Shown one piece after another: positions 11,805 through 24,900 of a stretch of DNA of 64,000 nt. Source of the stretch: Phallusia mammillata (taxonomy: Eukaryota); assembly GCA_965637545.1 (NCBI GenBank), contig OZ281499.1, positions 4,588,001 to 4,652,000 on the forward strand, read 5' to 3'. Position numbers and translations under genes: made by a program. Under the pieces are notes generated by a model that was not told the origin of the DNA, ran no database searches, and worked only from the letters and a program-made list of their open reading frames with translations. Numbering within the stretch: position 1 is the stretch's first letter; every line of letters starts with the position of its first letter.

Positions 11805-14800
11805 AAACACAGCACCATATGCACATTCCATTGTCTTCAACTCTCCACTTGCACACTGAAAAACAAAGCAATACATTTTTAAAACAAAAAAGATTTGTAA
11901 TTTTTCGCTTTCCTCTTGTTTTTGAGCGGTTAATGAAAATACCCATGCTTTTTTGTAACTCAATGCAAAAAAAATGGAATGCAGTGGAAAAACTTTCGTC
12001 CGTTTTTCCACAAAAGAACTGTTTCACAGGTGACAAAAATTGCAATACATGATAGTTGTTGGTACATAATCTGCCGCATAACTGAGTACAATACCTGGAA
12101 ATATCTAAGGCAATCCCCGTCCTTTTGGAATGGATACGAACTGGCAGGATTTCCATCATCATCAGTGCATGAAATTGCTGGAGGTGACAAGAAGAGATTG
12201 AGAACAGCAACGTTTGAAACATCAGCCGCGTTTCCTGCATCGTCAATAGCTCGCATTGCGATTCCAACTCTGAAAATAAACAAGAGTCATTTTACATTAT
12301 GGACACAAGCTGCATCAATACATTGTACAAAACTAGTAGAGTTGGAAAAAACAGTAGTGGTGGAATCGTGTGAAAACCTTAAGATTTGGCATAAATGCTT
12401 TCAACAATGTTCATCTATAGCGCAAACCAATTTACTTTCCCCCAGTCCTGCTATAATCACAGTGTGCCAAACTTATTCCATGGTGAGCTCCCGCCACATA
12501 ACTCTTCATACCACGGTGTAGCTGCAGCGCACTTAGTTGTGATCCATCAATTGTGCCATTCACTATTTTGCGCTCCATAACGTTTCAACGTTGCTCAGCT
12601 ATTTCAGACTTTATTTCAGGTGATTATTCAGTGTAATTGTGACGGTATATATGCTTTTATCAGGCCTAATAAAATTAACTCAACTTTCAGGTGAATAACA
12701 TACTTCGTCCCGGCATAGACTGGTGTTGTCATTAGAAAACTATTATTTAATGCCGGTTATCACTGTGTCTCGAAATTGAACAAAACCAACACGTACTGAT
12801 ATGCAAAGAACATTGACGGAATACAATGTTTACATACGTGACCATTTCCACTGCTGGTATATCAGGCAACTTGATAATCAGGGACTCGAACAGATACGCC
12901 CTCATCGGATCATCTATATCGCCCTGCGTCACCATGACGTCAGTCACGAGTTCGCCGTCATCAAATGACGTCAGAAGTTTACTGGTTGACCCGTAAGTAT
13001 ATCGGATTTCATATTGTGCAGCTAATAAAATCAGGGTTATAAAACATTTTGAGAAGATTATAAGCTAGAGATCATCTTGAACTATTGATAATAATAATTA
13101 CTTTGCATCACATACCAGTGCCAACGGCATTGTCGTCCCCAGGAGCGGTAAAGGTAATTTCAATTCCTTGGTTTGCATCCAGCATATCCACTTGGATCGC
13201 TTTCAAATCAATAACTCGATTCGGAGGGACCAAGTCGTTATAAAAGTTGCTTATTGACCTAAATTTACAAGAAAGTTGTTTTTAAGTTACAAATTGTGTG
13301 ATCAAAAATTTTGCTCAATGAGAGAAAATAACTTCAAAATTGCATTACATATTTATGACTATTATTATTTTTTTACTCGTCATGGTGGAAGCTTCCGAGC
13401 GTGGTTACTCTCTGGAATGGTTCAATATCTTTTGTTGTGAGAGGTGGAATTTCTTGTGGAAGATTTGTGTTCAACACAACGCTACCTGGAATTAAATAAA
13501 CACCACATTGAAAAAGAAAATAAGGCCACAACATTAAAGTCGGACTAGAGCAGTCTTTTCCAACCACAAGATGCGTAGGGAAAAGGCAATTTAATTTTAA
13601 AGGGGCTCAATAGAATAATCTGGTTGATTGTTACCATAATGAAACCGCTCTTTGTCTAATTCATGTCTTTGGAGAATCAATTGCACCACAAAATTGACCT
13701 TTTACGTTTTACACAATTTGATTTGTCAGTGAGATATGGACCACCAAAGGTTGGAAAACACTACATCTTATTAATATCCTGCGAACGATAGAATTTTTTC
13801 TAACAAAACAGTCTACCGTCGTCTTTTACATATCCATAGTTGACTGCAGCAGTTGACCCTCTTCGTTTGGTCTTCACCGAAAGCGTTTCCGAATTTTCGC
13901 CCAAACCATAAGCTTTGATCTGAAACAGAGTCAGGTCCCAGAATGTTTAAAAAATAGCCGAAAACACTTGTAGATACTTTACCTGGACACCAAATTTCCC
14001 AGATGCAGTGTATTCGCTGAAATATCGACTGTAGACGCCATCGTTTGCACGTATGTCGGGAGCTGAAAATTAGATACTAGTAAAGTTTACTACCAAAAAC
14101 GTTCATTTTTTTGTTATTGAACCAAATAAGTTTTTCTTATTGCCAATAAAGGTAATCAATTCATTAATGCATGACATTGCGCTTTATATCGGCTGGTCAG
14201 GTCACCACAATGGTGTACAACCACAATGCCGTGTAACATTTCAACAAAAACTTGGCTTTTTAACTTCTAATTTTGAGTCTTTTTATTATTAGTTCTGAAT
14301 TTATATCATTTTTTCATTGTTTTTATTTGGCTTAAGCACGCATAATTTTAAAATATAAACTTTGCAAGGGTCTTTCTGTTTAAGAAATTACCTGCACCGT
14401 TGTCAAACAATTCTAGAGTGCTAACTGTCCCATCTGGATGGTTGATACTGGCTTCAACTTTGGCCCCCAATACTGCTTCGTATCCTCTTGACACCTTCAA
14501 AATTGTTAGAATGAAAAAAAAACAAGTAAAATTTGAGTTGTTTTGAATCATAAACTTAACCTTTGAGTACAGGATTATCGGACTCTCACTGGTGTCGTCA
14601 ACCAATGCCATTTTTGATTTAACATTGATCGGCAAAAGGTCACCACTACTTGCTCTCGAAGTTGCAACAACTGCCACGTTTTCGAAATGAGTTCCTGTTG
14701 CAATTGTAAACTTCCAGACTCCACTCTTAAATTGTAATCCAATTTTCATTAGGGTTGTGTCAAAGTTTTTGTAATGCCACCAGTATTCGGTTTCAACTAT

Positions 14801-17800
14801 AGTTTGTTGAATCCCAATATTGTTAGTCTACTAACCTACCATAGCAGTGCCTGGCATTCTAAAGACCACAGTTTTATGGTCAACATCAATAACAACGTCA
14901 TCGTTTCCGTATAAGTTTCCGACTGGATCAGTAATGGTTATAGTTGGAGCAATCCAGTAATCAGACCACACAAAGGAGAAGGTCGTCGATTCGCCAATGG
15001 TTGAATCAAGCACAAATTCACCGTCTTTTGTTCCGTATATTGGTATTGTGTATTTTTGGTTAAATATCTATAGCAGAAACGTGCGTAATGTTGTAAAGTT
15101 CTGTCCTGACTGTATTTTAACTTTTGACTGCAACAAAAATTCGTTTTCTTCTGTGTCACTTTCATTGGAGATCAGGAACTAGTTTTGTTAATCATATGTG
15201 TGTCGTTATTTTATTAGATTATTTACATATGCATGTTTTAGTTTTTCTATTTGTCCAATTTTTTATTCTGATCATGTCGCTATAGTACATGATGTTCAGT
15301 CATTTTGGAGTAAATACTTTGTATTGTGAACCAACTAACTTAAAGGAGCAAAACAAAATATATTGAAACCTGGTATATATCTGTGTTTAGGTTTCCATCA
15401 TTAGTTTCCGCCAAGGATTTGAAAGCCGAAATCATTGACGAGGGTTCCGAAGCGTTTACAAAGTACATCACCCCTTCTGTGTCTTTCACTAGTTGTTCCA
15501 AATCCGGGTTCGAAGCCTCTCCGTACATAATAGCGTTAACAACAACTCCCTGAAAAAAACAAAACTTGCAAATCTTTCCTAAAGACAAGTAAAGCAACTG
15601 CAGACCTTCGTTTTTATACCACTAGCCACATCTTTGACGAATGGAGCAGTATTTTCCAATCCATCAGTCATTATGATAACTTGTCCACCAGCCGGGGCCA
15701 TAAAGCTTTCAAGCATCTTTAAAAAACACAATAAATGAAGAGCACTCAGCGTATTTTTTGTTTGTAGCAGGGGTGCCCTTTGTCACTGTAAGACTAAATA
15801 CAATTACCATGATTTATTCGTGGGCCGCAACCTATGTATAATACTAGGTGATTTTGTTTTGTTGCATACCAAAGATGCCTATATTGAGGTAACAAGCAAA
15901 ATTCGCATTTGATTCTAACCGCATTATTGTCAGGTTGCAGTAAAATTGCCTTGGGCGTATGTTCAAAAATAGATGGTAATTTAATTCTTTTTCAGTACAT
16001 TAGAAAATCCAAGCGTCTCTGTGCCCCGCCCAATCGTTTGCCAATAGTCCGCATTTGGTCCCCGGGCAGCAGGTTGCACAAGCCTGGTTTATAGTACCTG
16101 GACGGCTTGTAGCAATCCACAACCGACGCACGACTTGCTTTTGGTCCCTGTTGGAAACTGTGCCACAATATCATCTCTCACTTGCTTGTTTTCCAACCAA
16201 ATCATGTTTTCAACCAAATTGCTTGCCTCAATTTCGAATTGAACCATTCCCACATAACTGCCAGTTGGAATGTATTGCGTGACGAAAATGCTTGCTGCAT
16301 TTTTCATGTTAGAAAATTGTTTCTGAAATAAATGCGCCGAGTTAGTGCAAGATTAGTACAGCGTCAAACCTGTCATCAAGTACCTTGTCGTTCATACTGC
16401 TTGAGATATCAAAAGCAAGACTTATCCGGTAGACAGCTTGTTGCACAAAGTTAAATTGTGGAGTCACGTCTAACGCCTCATCATTGTAAGGGTTGATGTC
16501 ACCAGCGAAATCCTCAGATGACAAAATCACATCCCACTCGCTTCGTTGGTTGCAGAGCAAGTTATGTTCATTAGGAGCATCTTTGTCGTGTAAGTTCTGC
16601 GGGTCTGACTCGTCGTCGTGATCAAATGTGAAAATCTGGACAAATGATTGGATGCATTTGGTTAAACCAATTTTGGAAATGCATAAAGAGCCGTTAAACG
16701 ACAGGACTACCAAAGAACCATTCAAGGGCTATCCAGCAAGATGACGTTGCTGGCTAAAATATACTCGTTTGGCAGGACAGTTGCTGATGCGCAAGCCCGG
16801 CAATGCTGTCATAGACGGTTATAATATTTCAATTACGCCTTACCTTAACAAACGTGTTTTTTAAGGCCAATAGTAGACACAACCAACAGCAAACTCTGTG
16901 TATAGCATATTATTAATTCACGAGTCACCAGAGACTCAGTACGAGAGATGGAGACAACAGTCGCATACAATAACAAACAGAAGCTTTTGGAATATTAAAA
17001 TTCTGTATTTGAAAATGATGATACCTATTACTTATTTTATAAACTTAAAAATGGTGGATGACTTCAAACTTGTCAAAGTTTTCAGTCTGCAACAAACAGG
17101 AAATGTTTTGTAAGTTCCACATTCATTATCCAGGATGAATGCTTACATCATTGTGATATTGAAATGACATAATTGAGGAATGCACTCCGTCTTTCTGGTT
17201 CTCGAATGGGATGAAAATGCAGCCATCCAGTGGAAGCCAGTTGGTTTCTTGTTTATACTGACAAGTTGAAACTTCTCCACTCTCGAAATCAACCACGTAG
17301 TTTTCACCCAGAACCGATGCAGGGCTCCTAAACATTGTTTAAAAATAATTAAGCTTACGATCTTTCTGCTGAAATCAATCCTTAAAAAAGCGGATTTTAG
17401 GTTATACCTTTTTTCAGGTGATCTCGAAACCCAGTGTGTAACATTGATCAGCCAAATACATTTGTACGGTAAAGATTGCAAACCCCGGGTAAAATTTCAA
17501 AGAAAGAAAAAATATATGTATATATTCATTGGTTTTAGCTTAGTTTATTTTAAACAGAAAAATGGGCACACTGTTTGCTTCGACTGTTTGGTCCATGTTA
17601 TATGTTGATTAAGTTGGTGTAAGTTACACACCTGGTGTACTGTATCACGCCATTAGCGTCGTAGTAAAAATCTTCGTAACCGCTTGTCGGAGTCTCATCG
17701 AAAATTCCCCACCTCAAGTGCGCCCACTCGTGGACGAGGGTTTTGTCTGCAATAAAAGCAATTTTATTTCAAAAAGAATACTTTTATTAAACTGTCGCGT

Positions 17801-19936
17801 TAAGTGACCACGTTTTCTGTTACATCAATTTCTTTGTTTTTTCTTCCAGCTGTATTTATAATCTGTGTATTGAAAAAAAATCGCTTTGGTTTTAAACAAA
17901 GAAACCTTGAATTTAGTTTTAACAACGAGCGTTAATTTCTTCTAGACTAGGGGTCGGCAACCTTTTTTCTACTGAGGACGTTTTTTGAAACTGAAATTTT
18001 ATCGCGGACCGGCTTTTAAATCATCCCCGGGGTATATGGGCAAAAAAATTTAGAGCATTTAACCTAAAAAAATATACGGCCCAGTAACGAACTCGTTGCG
18101 GACCGGTACCGGGCCGCGGTCTGGCGGTTGCCGACCACTGCTCAAGAAAGTTTGAGAAAAAAACGATAACTTGAATTTTTTTAACAATTTGAGTTTTTCA
18201 ATCAAGTTACTGGAGTTTTGATATTACTAAAATGATTTTTAACAACGCAATTATAAAGTTATATGACAAAGTTTATGTTTTACATTACCTTTCGGTCCAT
18301 ACATGTCAGTATACTGTGGATCAGTAATATAATCGGCTGTAAGATGAATGTTTTCACCGGGAGATCCACATTCCCCGTATTGAACGGTGTAAGGCATGTT
18401 GCCATAAGTTGGATCTTCCAAACTGACACGAATGTCCGCCTGTAAAGATAATAAAAACCAAATATCACCACAAGGTAGCGTGGCGATTAGCGCAACCACC
18501 ATGTGTCCAATAGGCTATGGGTTCTTGCAAAACATGGTCGGATGTTCTGACGCGCCTGACCCATGTACGGTTATAAAAAACTCGATCGGGATTTGTCCCC
18601 GGTAGCATCCTGGGTTCGAACTTTGTAAAAAAAAGGTTGTTGGTTCAAATTTAATCTCAGCCGCTTGTGAACCCGTTGAGTTTAACTAAATTAAACCTCC
18701 AATAAGCACCAACAAAACAGTAAAGGGTTTGAAGCCCCAGCACAAAATTAAAAATTCAAATAAAACTGCCTTTTTAAGTAATAAGAACAATAAATTTCAC
18801 AACAAGATTAAACGTCTTCTACAAATCAAAAATTTTGATGAGACCAAGTTATAAGCCACTTTGTTTATTTTTAGTTGGTTAAACGAAGGTGGTAAACCCC
18901 CTTGCCGCTAAATACATTTGTCTTGTAATACAATAACCGTAATGTGGGTGTTGGTAGACACTACCTTGCTTTTGGGTTTAACAGAAATATACCTTACTAC
19001 ATTTTTTTAACGTGGCGTTTGGTAAATTTCTAACATAAACAAGTCCAAAATAAAAATAACCAAAATGTAAATATTTTTAAACAGGGCAAACTTATGTTCA
19101 GGTAAAATATGACAACAAAAATTCGGGCTTAAATCTGTGCTATTCAAAACAGATCCGTAATTTGTTTTTACAACTTAAAAAACACTCTGGGTTGCCATTA
19201 AATGAATCAAAAATAGTATAAGCAATGTTAACAATCTGACATTGATTATATATTTACACAAAGATGATTAATTGGGGCTTAATCTAACCTTGTCATAGGT
19301 TTGCCTGATAGCAGCGTCGAAGTTGTTTGCACTCCAAGTCTTTGGTATAACGATGGTAACATTACCGAAGTAGGCTCGGTGGTTGGTGGCTTCCCATAAT
19401 GCAAACGATGAACTTGCCAGCAAATTCTGCAAATATTTTTTAGCAAACAACCTATTTCATTCAGTGTCGTTTTGTTTTACGCCGTTTAAACTGACAGAAT
19501 TGGATAGCTAGACACAAAGGAACATGAAATAAGCTATTGCTGCCAGGCATAATGTATGACCAAGTATTTCTCATCCAGCAGTTTTATTGTAAACAATCGA
19601 CGTTTCGACGTCCTATACAATTATGTCATTATCCTGATGAAGGCGTCTTGTATAGGACGTCGAAACGTCGATTGTTTACAAAAAAAACTGCTGGATGAGC
19701 AATTCTTGGTCATACAAAGGAACATGTTTCCTATAAACTTGATTTAAACATGAGGAATAGACTCAAAGCTCACTTACTTGTATTTGTTCTAGCAGCATAG
19801 GATCTTCTGGAACATTTGGGTTGATGGCGACCAAGATACCATCGTATCTGTTGTTAGTAAGCTTCACGTCGGAATACAGGCCCTCTGCACAAAGGCAGAA
19901 CAAGCAAAAGACCTTCAACACAGCTATAATGCGCAT
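11564..19936 (-). CDS. CLCA: CLCA family secreted metalloprotease, copy 2; complete from signal peptide to stop, last exon interrupted by a SINE
   Basis: ATG at 19936 (MRIIAVLKVFCLFCLCAEG, signal peptide), NNRYDGILVAINPNVPED, HEWAH at 17732-17718, AFDISSSM, vWA exon 16322-16098; exon structure parallels copy 1; last exon starts at 11855, original stop at 11564. Confidence 0.9.
11632..11799 (+). mobile_element. Young tRNA-derived SINE with 69-nt poly(A) tail, inserted antisense into the last coding exon of CLCA copy 2
   Basis: A-box TGGCCAAATGG, B-box GGTTCGAACCC, pure A run 11731-11799, TSD AGGATCAAACA at 11621-11631 and 11799-11809; copy 1 has the uninterrupted sequence. Confidence 0.92.
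17948..18140. mobile_element. hAT-type MITE (TIR AGGGGTCGGCAACC / GGTTGCCGACCACTG)
   Basis: Terminal inverted repeats visible, TSD degenerate; same family as 31111-31310. Confidence 0.7.
18533..18634 (+). mobile_element. Older, diverged copy of the SINE at 11632
   Basis: Shares GCGCCTGACCCAT..ATAAAAAAC..GATCGGGATT.GTCCCCGG..CCTGGGTTCGAAC followed by a short A run; intronic in CLCA copy 2. Confidence 0.8.
19555..19714. repeat. Palindromic element with a hammerhead-ribozyme-like core on the + strand
   Basis: Arms of about 65 bp (TATGACCAAG...CGACGTTTCGACGTCCTATACAA / TTGTATAGGACGTCGAAACGTCG...CTTGGTCATA); CTGATGA at 19634-19640 and GAAACGTC at 19662-19669. Confidence 0.75.
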
Positions 19937-19981
19937 GTTGAATTTGTTGGTTATCTAAGGTGGGTGGGTCGTGAACGCCGC

Positions 19982-19988
19982 TTATATA
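19982..19988 (-). promoter_or_regulatory. Probable TATA box of CLCA copy 2
   Basis: TATATAA on the minus strand about 46 nt upstream of the ATG at 19936. Confidence 0.55.
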
Positions 19989-21989
19989 CACCAGTGTGTG
20001 AAAGTTGCCAGCTGTTTGCTTCACGTGTCATCAAGCGGAACTGTCGTTTTACAAGTAAATTGGAAATAGTACATTAGAAAACAAAATTGCAAGTGGAAAT
20101 TGAGAAAGTGTGAAATATTATTTATAATACTTGGAACACATCCAAATACAAGTATTGGGGTAATAGCAACTAACCAGAATTGGTCAAAAATTGAGTACCT
20201 TAATCGTTGGTGATTGACAGGTAGAAGGTGTTTGTTAATTCCTGTGCTATGGTTAGATTGAAACGCAGTCAATTTTGTTGTGCAGTCAATATATCTCAAA
20301 CCAATGATGCCTTGACAATAAGATCTCAGAACTAACTATTTAAAATATAGCAGCAGTGTCAGACTTCCTAAAGTTTAGGACCTAAACGTTCAAATTACGA
20401 CCCTTGATTTATTTTCTCGTCACTTACCGAAAAAAGCAAAATAGATGATTTTTTTTACTAGTTTGTGGCCAATGAACATTTGGAGTTGGTTTTGGCTTAT
20501 TTGCAGATTTACTGAAGGTGCACATCACAGCTAAGTTTCGACTGACGTTTGTTGTGGAGATATGCTACTGCAGAGGTACATTTGTTGCATGTCATACCTG
20601 TGTACGTGACCGTTTCTGGTGTGCGTGACTGAACGATAGGCAGCTATTATTGTCATATTGAATTAACCTGTTGGATTTCAACAGTAGCCGACTTGGTGCG
20701 ACGCTGTTAATTGTACAAAGTGCCCGCCCTTTCATGACACCCCCTCTTTACGAGAACTGTTTGTTAAAATTTTATCATAAAAGTTTGCTCAAATTTCATA
20801 TGCGTTTGTTCTCACTTTGCGGCATTGTTTGGTGTAAGATCTTAACCCTAAGCTTGTTACGCCCCTTTAGTCATTGCATCTGATTGGTTGGGCGGGGTGG
20901 AAGGGGTCAGGTGGAGTGGGTGTTGTAAGGTGGGGTTTGGGCAATTGTCTAACACTGCTTTTTAAACTAGCAAAATTTAACTCATACGTATAAGGCGTTT
21001 TGGTAATGAAACTTTACACAATTCTAAGCACACAATACATATTATAAGCCAATAGTAAAAGGTTTATTAGACCTTGAAAATTTGCCTCCCGGAGTATAGT
21101 TTATCAAAAAACGACCCCAGTCTCTCTTCTTAAGAAAAAAGCAGAAAAAATATTTTATCTTTTATTGTTAATGAAAATGTTCGAATAGTTTCAAGCTAAT
21201 TTTAAAAGATTTATTTAAGCTAGTGCAATGCCACTAAACAGTTTTTGTGTTTAACCCGTTGCAGTACTTTTATACAAAGCAAGGTGTATATAAAAGGTGC
21301 ATTTGGTAACGGTAAAGCTGTGTACGTGACAGTTCCTGGTTCGCGTGACAAGGAAGTAAGTCTTGTAATATTTATTCGTGAGTTGCAACATCAGCAGAAA
21401 TTGGTATAACACATAGACGGTGACGAACGTTGAAACGACGCCCAATGAAAACGGTTCCTCGCAAACCAGTCATGAACCTATTTATCGGAACTGCTTAAGG
21501 TAATTTTACCGTCAACGTTTGCTCCCAGTACATGTGTATTTGCTTCCAGGTTTGCACCACCCCTTAATTTGGGGCACAACCTTATCTCCATTTTTCTTGC
21601 AGCTTATTGGTGGAATGGAATAGATGATGGGGGCGGGTATTGGGCTGCTCCTTCTAAAGTAACTGACCTTAAACCACATGTACAATTATTCTCATGAACG
21701 AGGTCGTTTGTTTGCTATGTTGCAACACCAGGTAATTTAATGCTGACAAAGTTTGGTGGTAGTACGTGACTTCTGTCACTATTTATATACCTATTTTTGA
21801 AATTAGCTGATTAACACAAGTTTTGATGCAGATGTTGTTTCCCAGAGACTAAGGTAGTTTAACTGCATATGTTGCTTCTCAGGGTGACGCACGTACGTTT
21901 CCTCTATATATTCCCAGACATCAGCATTCATTAATGCATTTAGCATTAGCAAAAGAAGTGAATGCGATAAAATACAAACAGTATTCACA

Positions 21990-24900
21990 ATGTATCGGGC
22001 AATCTTGTTTGCCGTCGTTTTCAACTGTTTAACTCAAATGGGAACGACTCAGGTGATTTTAGGTAAGTGTTTCTTACGTGGCTATAACCAAGTTATATAA
22101 AATTGGCAAACCTTTATTCACTTTGTTGCAGAAGGAAGAATTCAGTTCTCGACTTACTATTCAGGCTCATCATACAGAGTCAATTTTGGATCAACATTTC
22201 CGTCTCCACCAACCGTACATGCCTGGGCAAGAGGCTCTTGTCAAAACAAGTAAAAATATTTATATTGGTCGTTGTAAGAATACAAACAGCGTCAAAAGAA
22301 CGTTTTTTTACCTGACCTATTTTTGTTCAGTGTAGGTCCACACCTGAAACGAGATGTTGCGCAGTATTCTTTACTCCTGCGCACAATGTACAAATAAAAA
22401 ACATTGTCAGACATGGTTCTTTAAACACATTTAAACTGTTATACTCGCTGGTTAATTCCAGTAAAATGTATAATTGCTAAGTAGAAGTTTGTGTGTTTTT
22501 CCAAAGAGATTTCGAAATAATTTAACGATTATCATAAAAAAGTGATAAATAAAAAAGCGATATCAGCGATTGGTAAAAGCTTAGGAATTGGCACTTAACT
22601 CATAATACAAAAGATTGTTTTATCTCTTTACCCAGTTACGGAGTCAGCGTTTCGGGTGTTGATGAAAGCGGGTTCACGGCTTATTTGAGCTATTTTTCCG
22701 AAACCATTTATCTTTCCTGGTCGGCAGTTGAAGTTCCACAAGGTTTGCCAAAATTTGCTGCTGTTGTTTGCTTCTTTGTTGGGTTCCTTTTGAACAATTT
22801 ACTTAAACGGAATAATAAAGATCGTTCCAAAGAAAAAAAGTCAATATTTAAATAAGGCCGCGATATAATTAACTACTCTAGTTATAGAGGAGTATTTACT
22901 GTGAGTGTAATTACTCGTATTAAATATATCATAAATTAGACACGAAATCGTTTCGATTATAGACAAACTTACTTACCTGGGAGAAGACACGGTGTCGTAT
23001 ACGTTCAACATTCCGACACCCAACAACATTTCTGTTCCAACTATTACCGAACAAAGCTCCTTTGTTGACGTAATGGGAAGAGAAATTCATTTCTCCCGGC
23101 TCAATCAACTTCTCCACGAGAAAAGGTGAGTTTTGATAAATCTTATTGATAACTTATTGCATTTTGTTAACTTGTCATAAAATGCCGTATTATCTTTCAA
23201 TGATGTTGTATTAGGTTTATTGCATAAGATACCTTTTTTAACGATTTCCTTTCAAAACAAGAGTTCAAAAGATTTTTATTCCTCTTTATGTACTAAGTTA
23301 CATAAATAGACCAAACCACACAAACATCAATTAAAATTGAGACTTTTATCAACTTAAGAGGTCATATTCCTAGAGCTTAAGTGTCCATATACAAACCACA
23401 TGTAAAAATAAGTAAGTTCTTCCCCTCCTTTTGAAATTACTCCCTTTGGAGGAATTCCTTCCCGGTTGGGAACCAGTGCATTAAATGACTTTGCTTAAGT
23501 AAACATCGCGCTTTTATACATTAATATTTGCAGAATTGATCAAATTGCGGCCTCTGCTCAATCAACACTAACGAGAGAACTTTTAATCCGTGGCGACACA
23601 GTTTACGTGGATGACGCCCAGAAAATCCTGAAGGGCTGGAAAAAAGTGACTGTTCTCGCTAGACGTTTGATTTCGAATGGCGGGGTTGTAAACATAAAGG
23701 TAAACGCTTCTACTTTATAACTATTTATCGGAAAACCTTCTCGGTCAAATTTAAAGCCGTTTGTTTTATTTTTTACATATTGGTAATAAAAAGTAGCATT
23801 GCTCCTGTTTAAAAAAACGGTCAACATAAATGTGGTTTGGGAAAAGAAAATGTTCTATTTAAAATAGAAATATTTTAACTTCGTAATCTACTACTTAAAG
23901 AAAAGTTTCTGAGCAGAAAATAAAAAATATTTTTAAATTGTATTACTTCTGGGTTCAGACGCCATATCGGTGCCAGTCATTGTCAAGCTCAGGAACATCA
24001 TGTGGCAGTACTGGGTTCGCATCTATTAACAATATTGGTGCGAATGGCATGGAGGGCTTTCCAAGTCCTGATTTTCATGTCTACGTAGGTGAAATTGACG
24101 GAAACGTAGCCATGAGAAATGAGGTAAAACAACAACCCACAACTGCTCTATTTATTTAAGTTGATTTAGGATCAAACTTCGTTTTATAGCGATACAACTT
24201 TGGGTGCCTAAAAATTATTCAATTTAAAGTTGTCGTTTCTTACAAATAAAAAACAATGCACGTTCTCATTCATGGGAAAAAAGGAATCAATTTAAATGGG
24301 GTAAGAGAAAAATCTTCGATTGGATTTTTCTTGCTTTTCCAGGCCAATCAAGGAAGTGCATCACAAGGTGGCGGGCAAGGGGCAAAAGGAGCCAAAGGAG
24401 CTAAGGGACCATCAATGAATTGTGGTCAATCGTGTGACAGAGATTGTGGCGGTTGGATAACACCCGGAGACACTCATCACAATAAAGGTTGTTTAATTGG
24501 TTGTATTCTAAGATCTTAAAGCTAATTGCCGATGCTACTACATTTTTTTAAAGTTAAATTACATATTGTTCTTTAAAAGACGTGCAGCCTTTAAAATTTA
24601 AACCAAATTAAATAAAGACGTATAGCTAGGCAAATATGTTAATACTTTTCGTACTTTCTGATTTTTATCAGTCAATTTGTTATCCAACCAAAATCTTTTA
24701 GACTAGGTTAAAAAATATTAATCAAACCAACTCAAGATTTTTAGTAATTCGCCTATTTTGAAATTTGATATGTTACCTTAATCTTTTAGCCAGGGGCGGA
24801 TCATTGTTTTGCTTGATAACCCAAACATACGCCAGCGCTTTCTTTTTTTCAAAACGTTAATGAAAGACAAGCACTTCAACTACGGTCTGTTCTAGGCCAA

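Noticed and set aside
11564-12011. Poly-Lys and poly-Phe ORFs in the ORF track
   Set aside because: They are translations of the SINE poly(A) tail; only the frame continuous with the CLCA exon matters.
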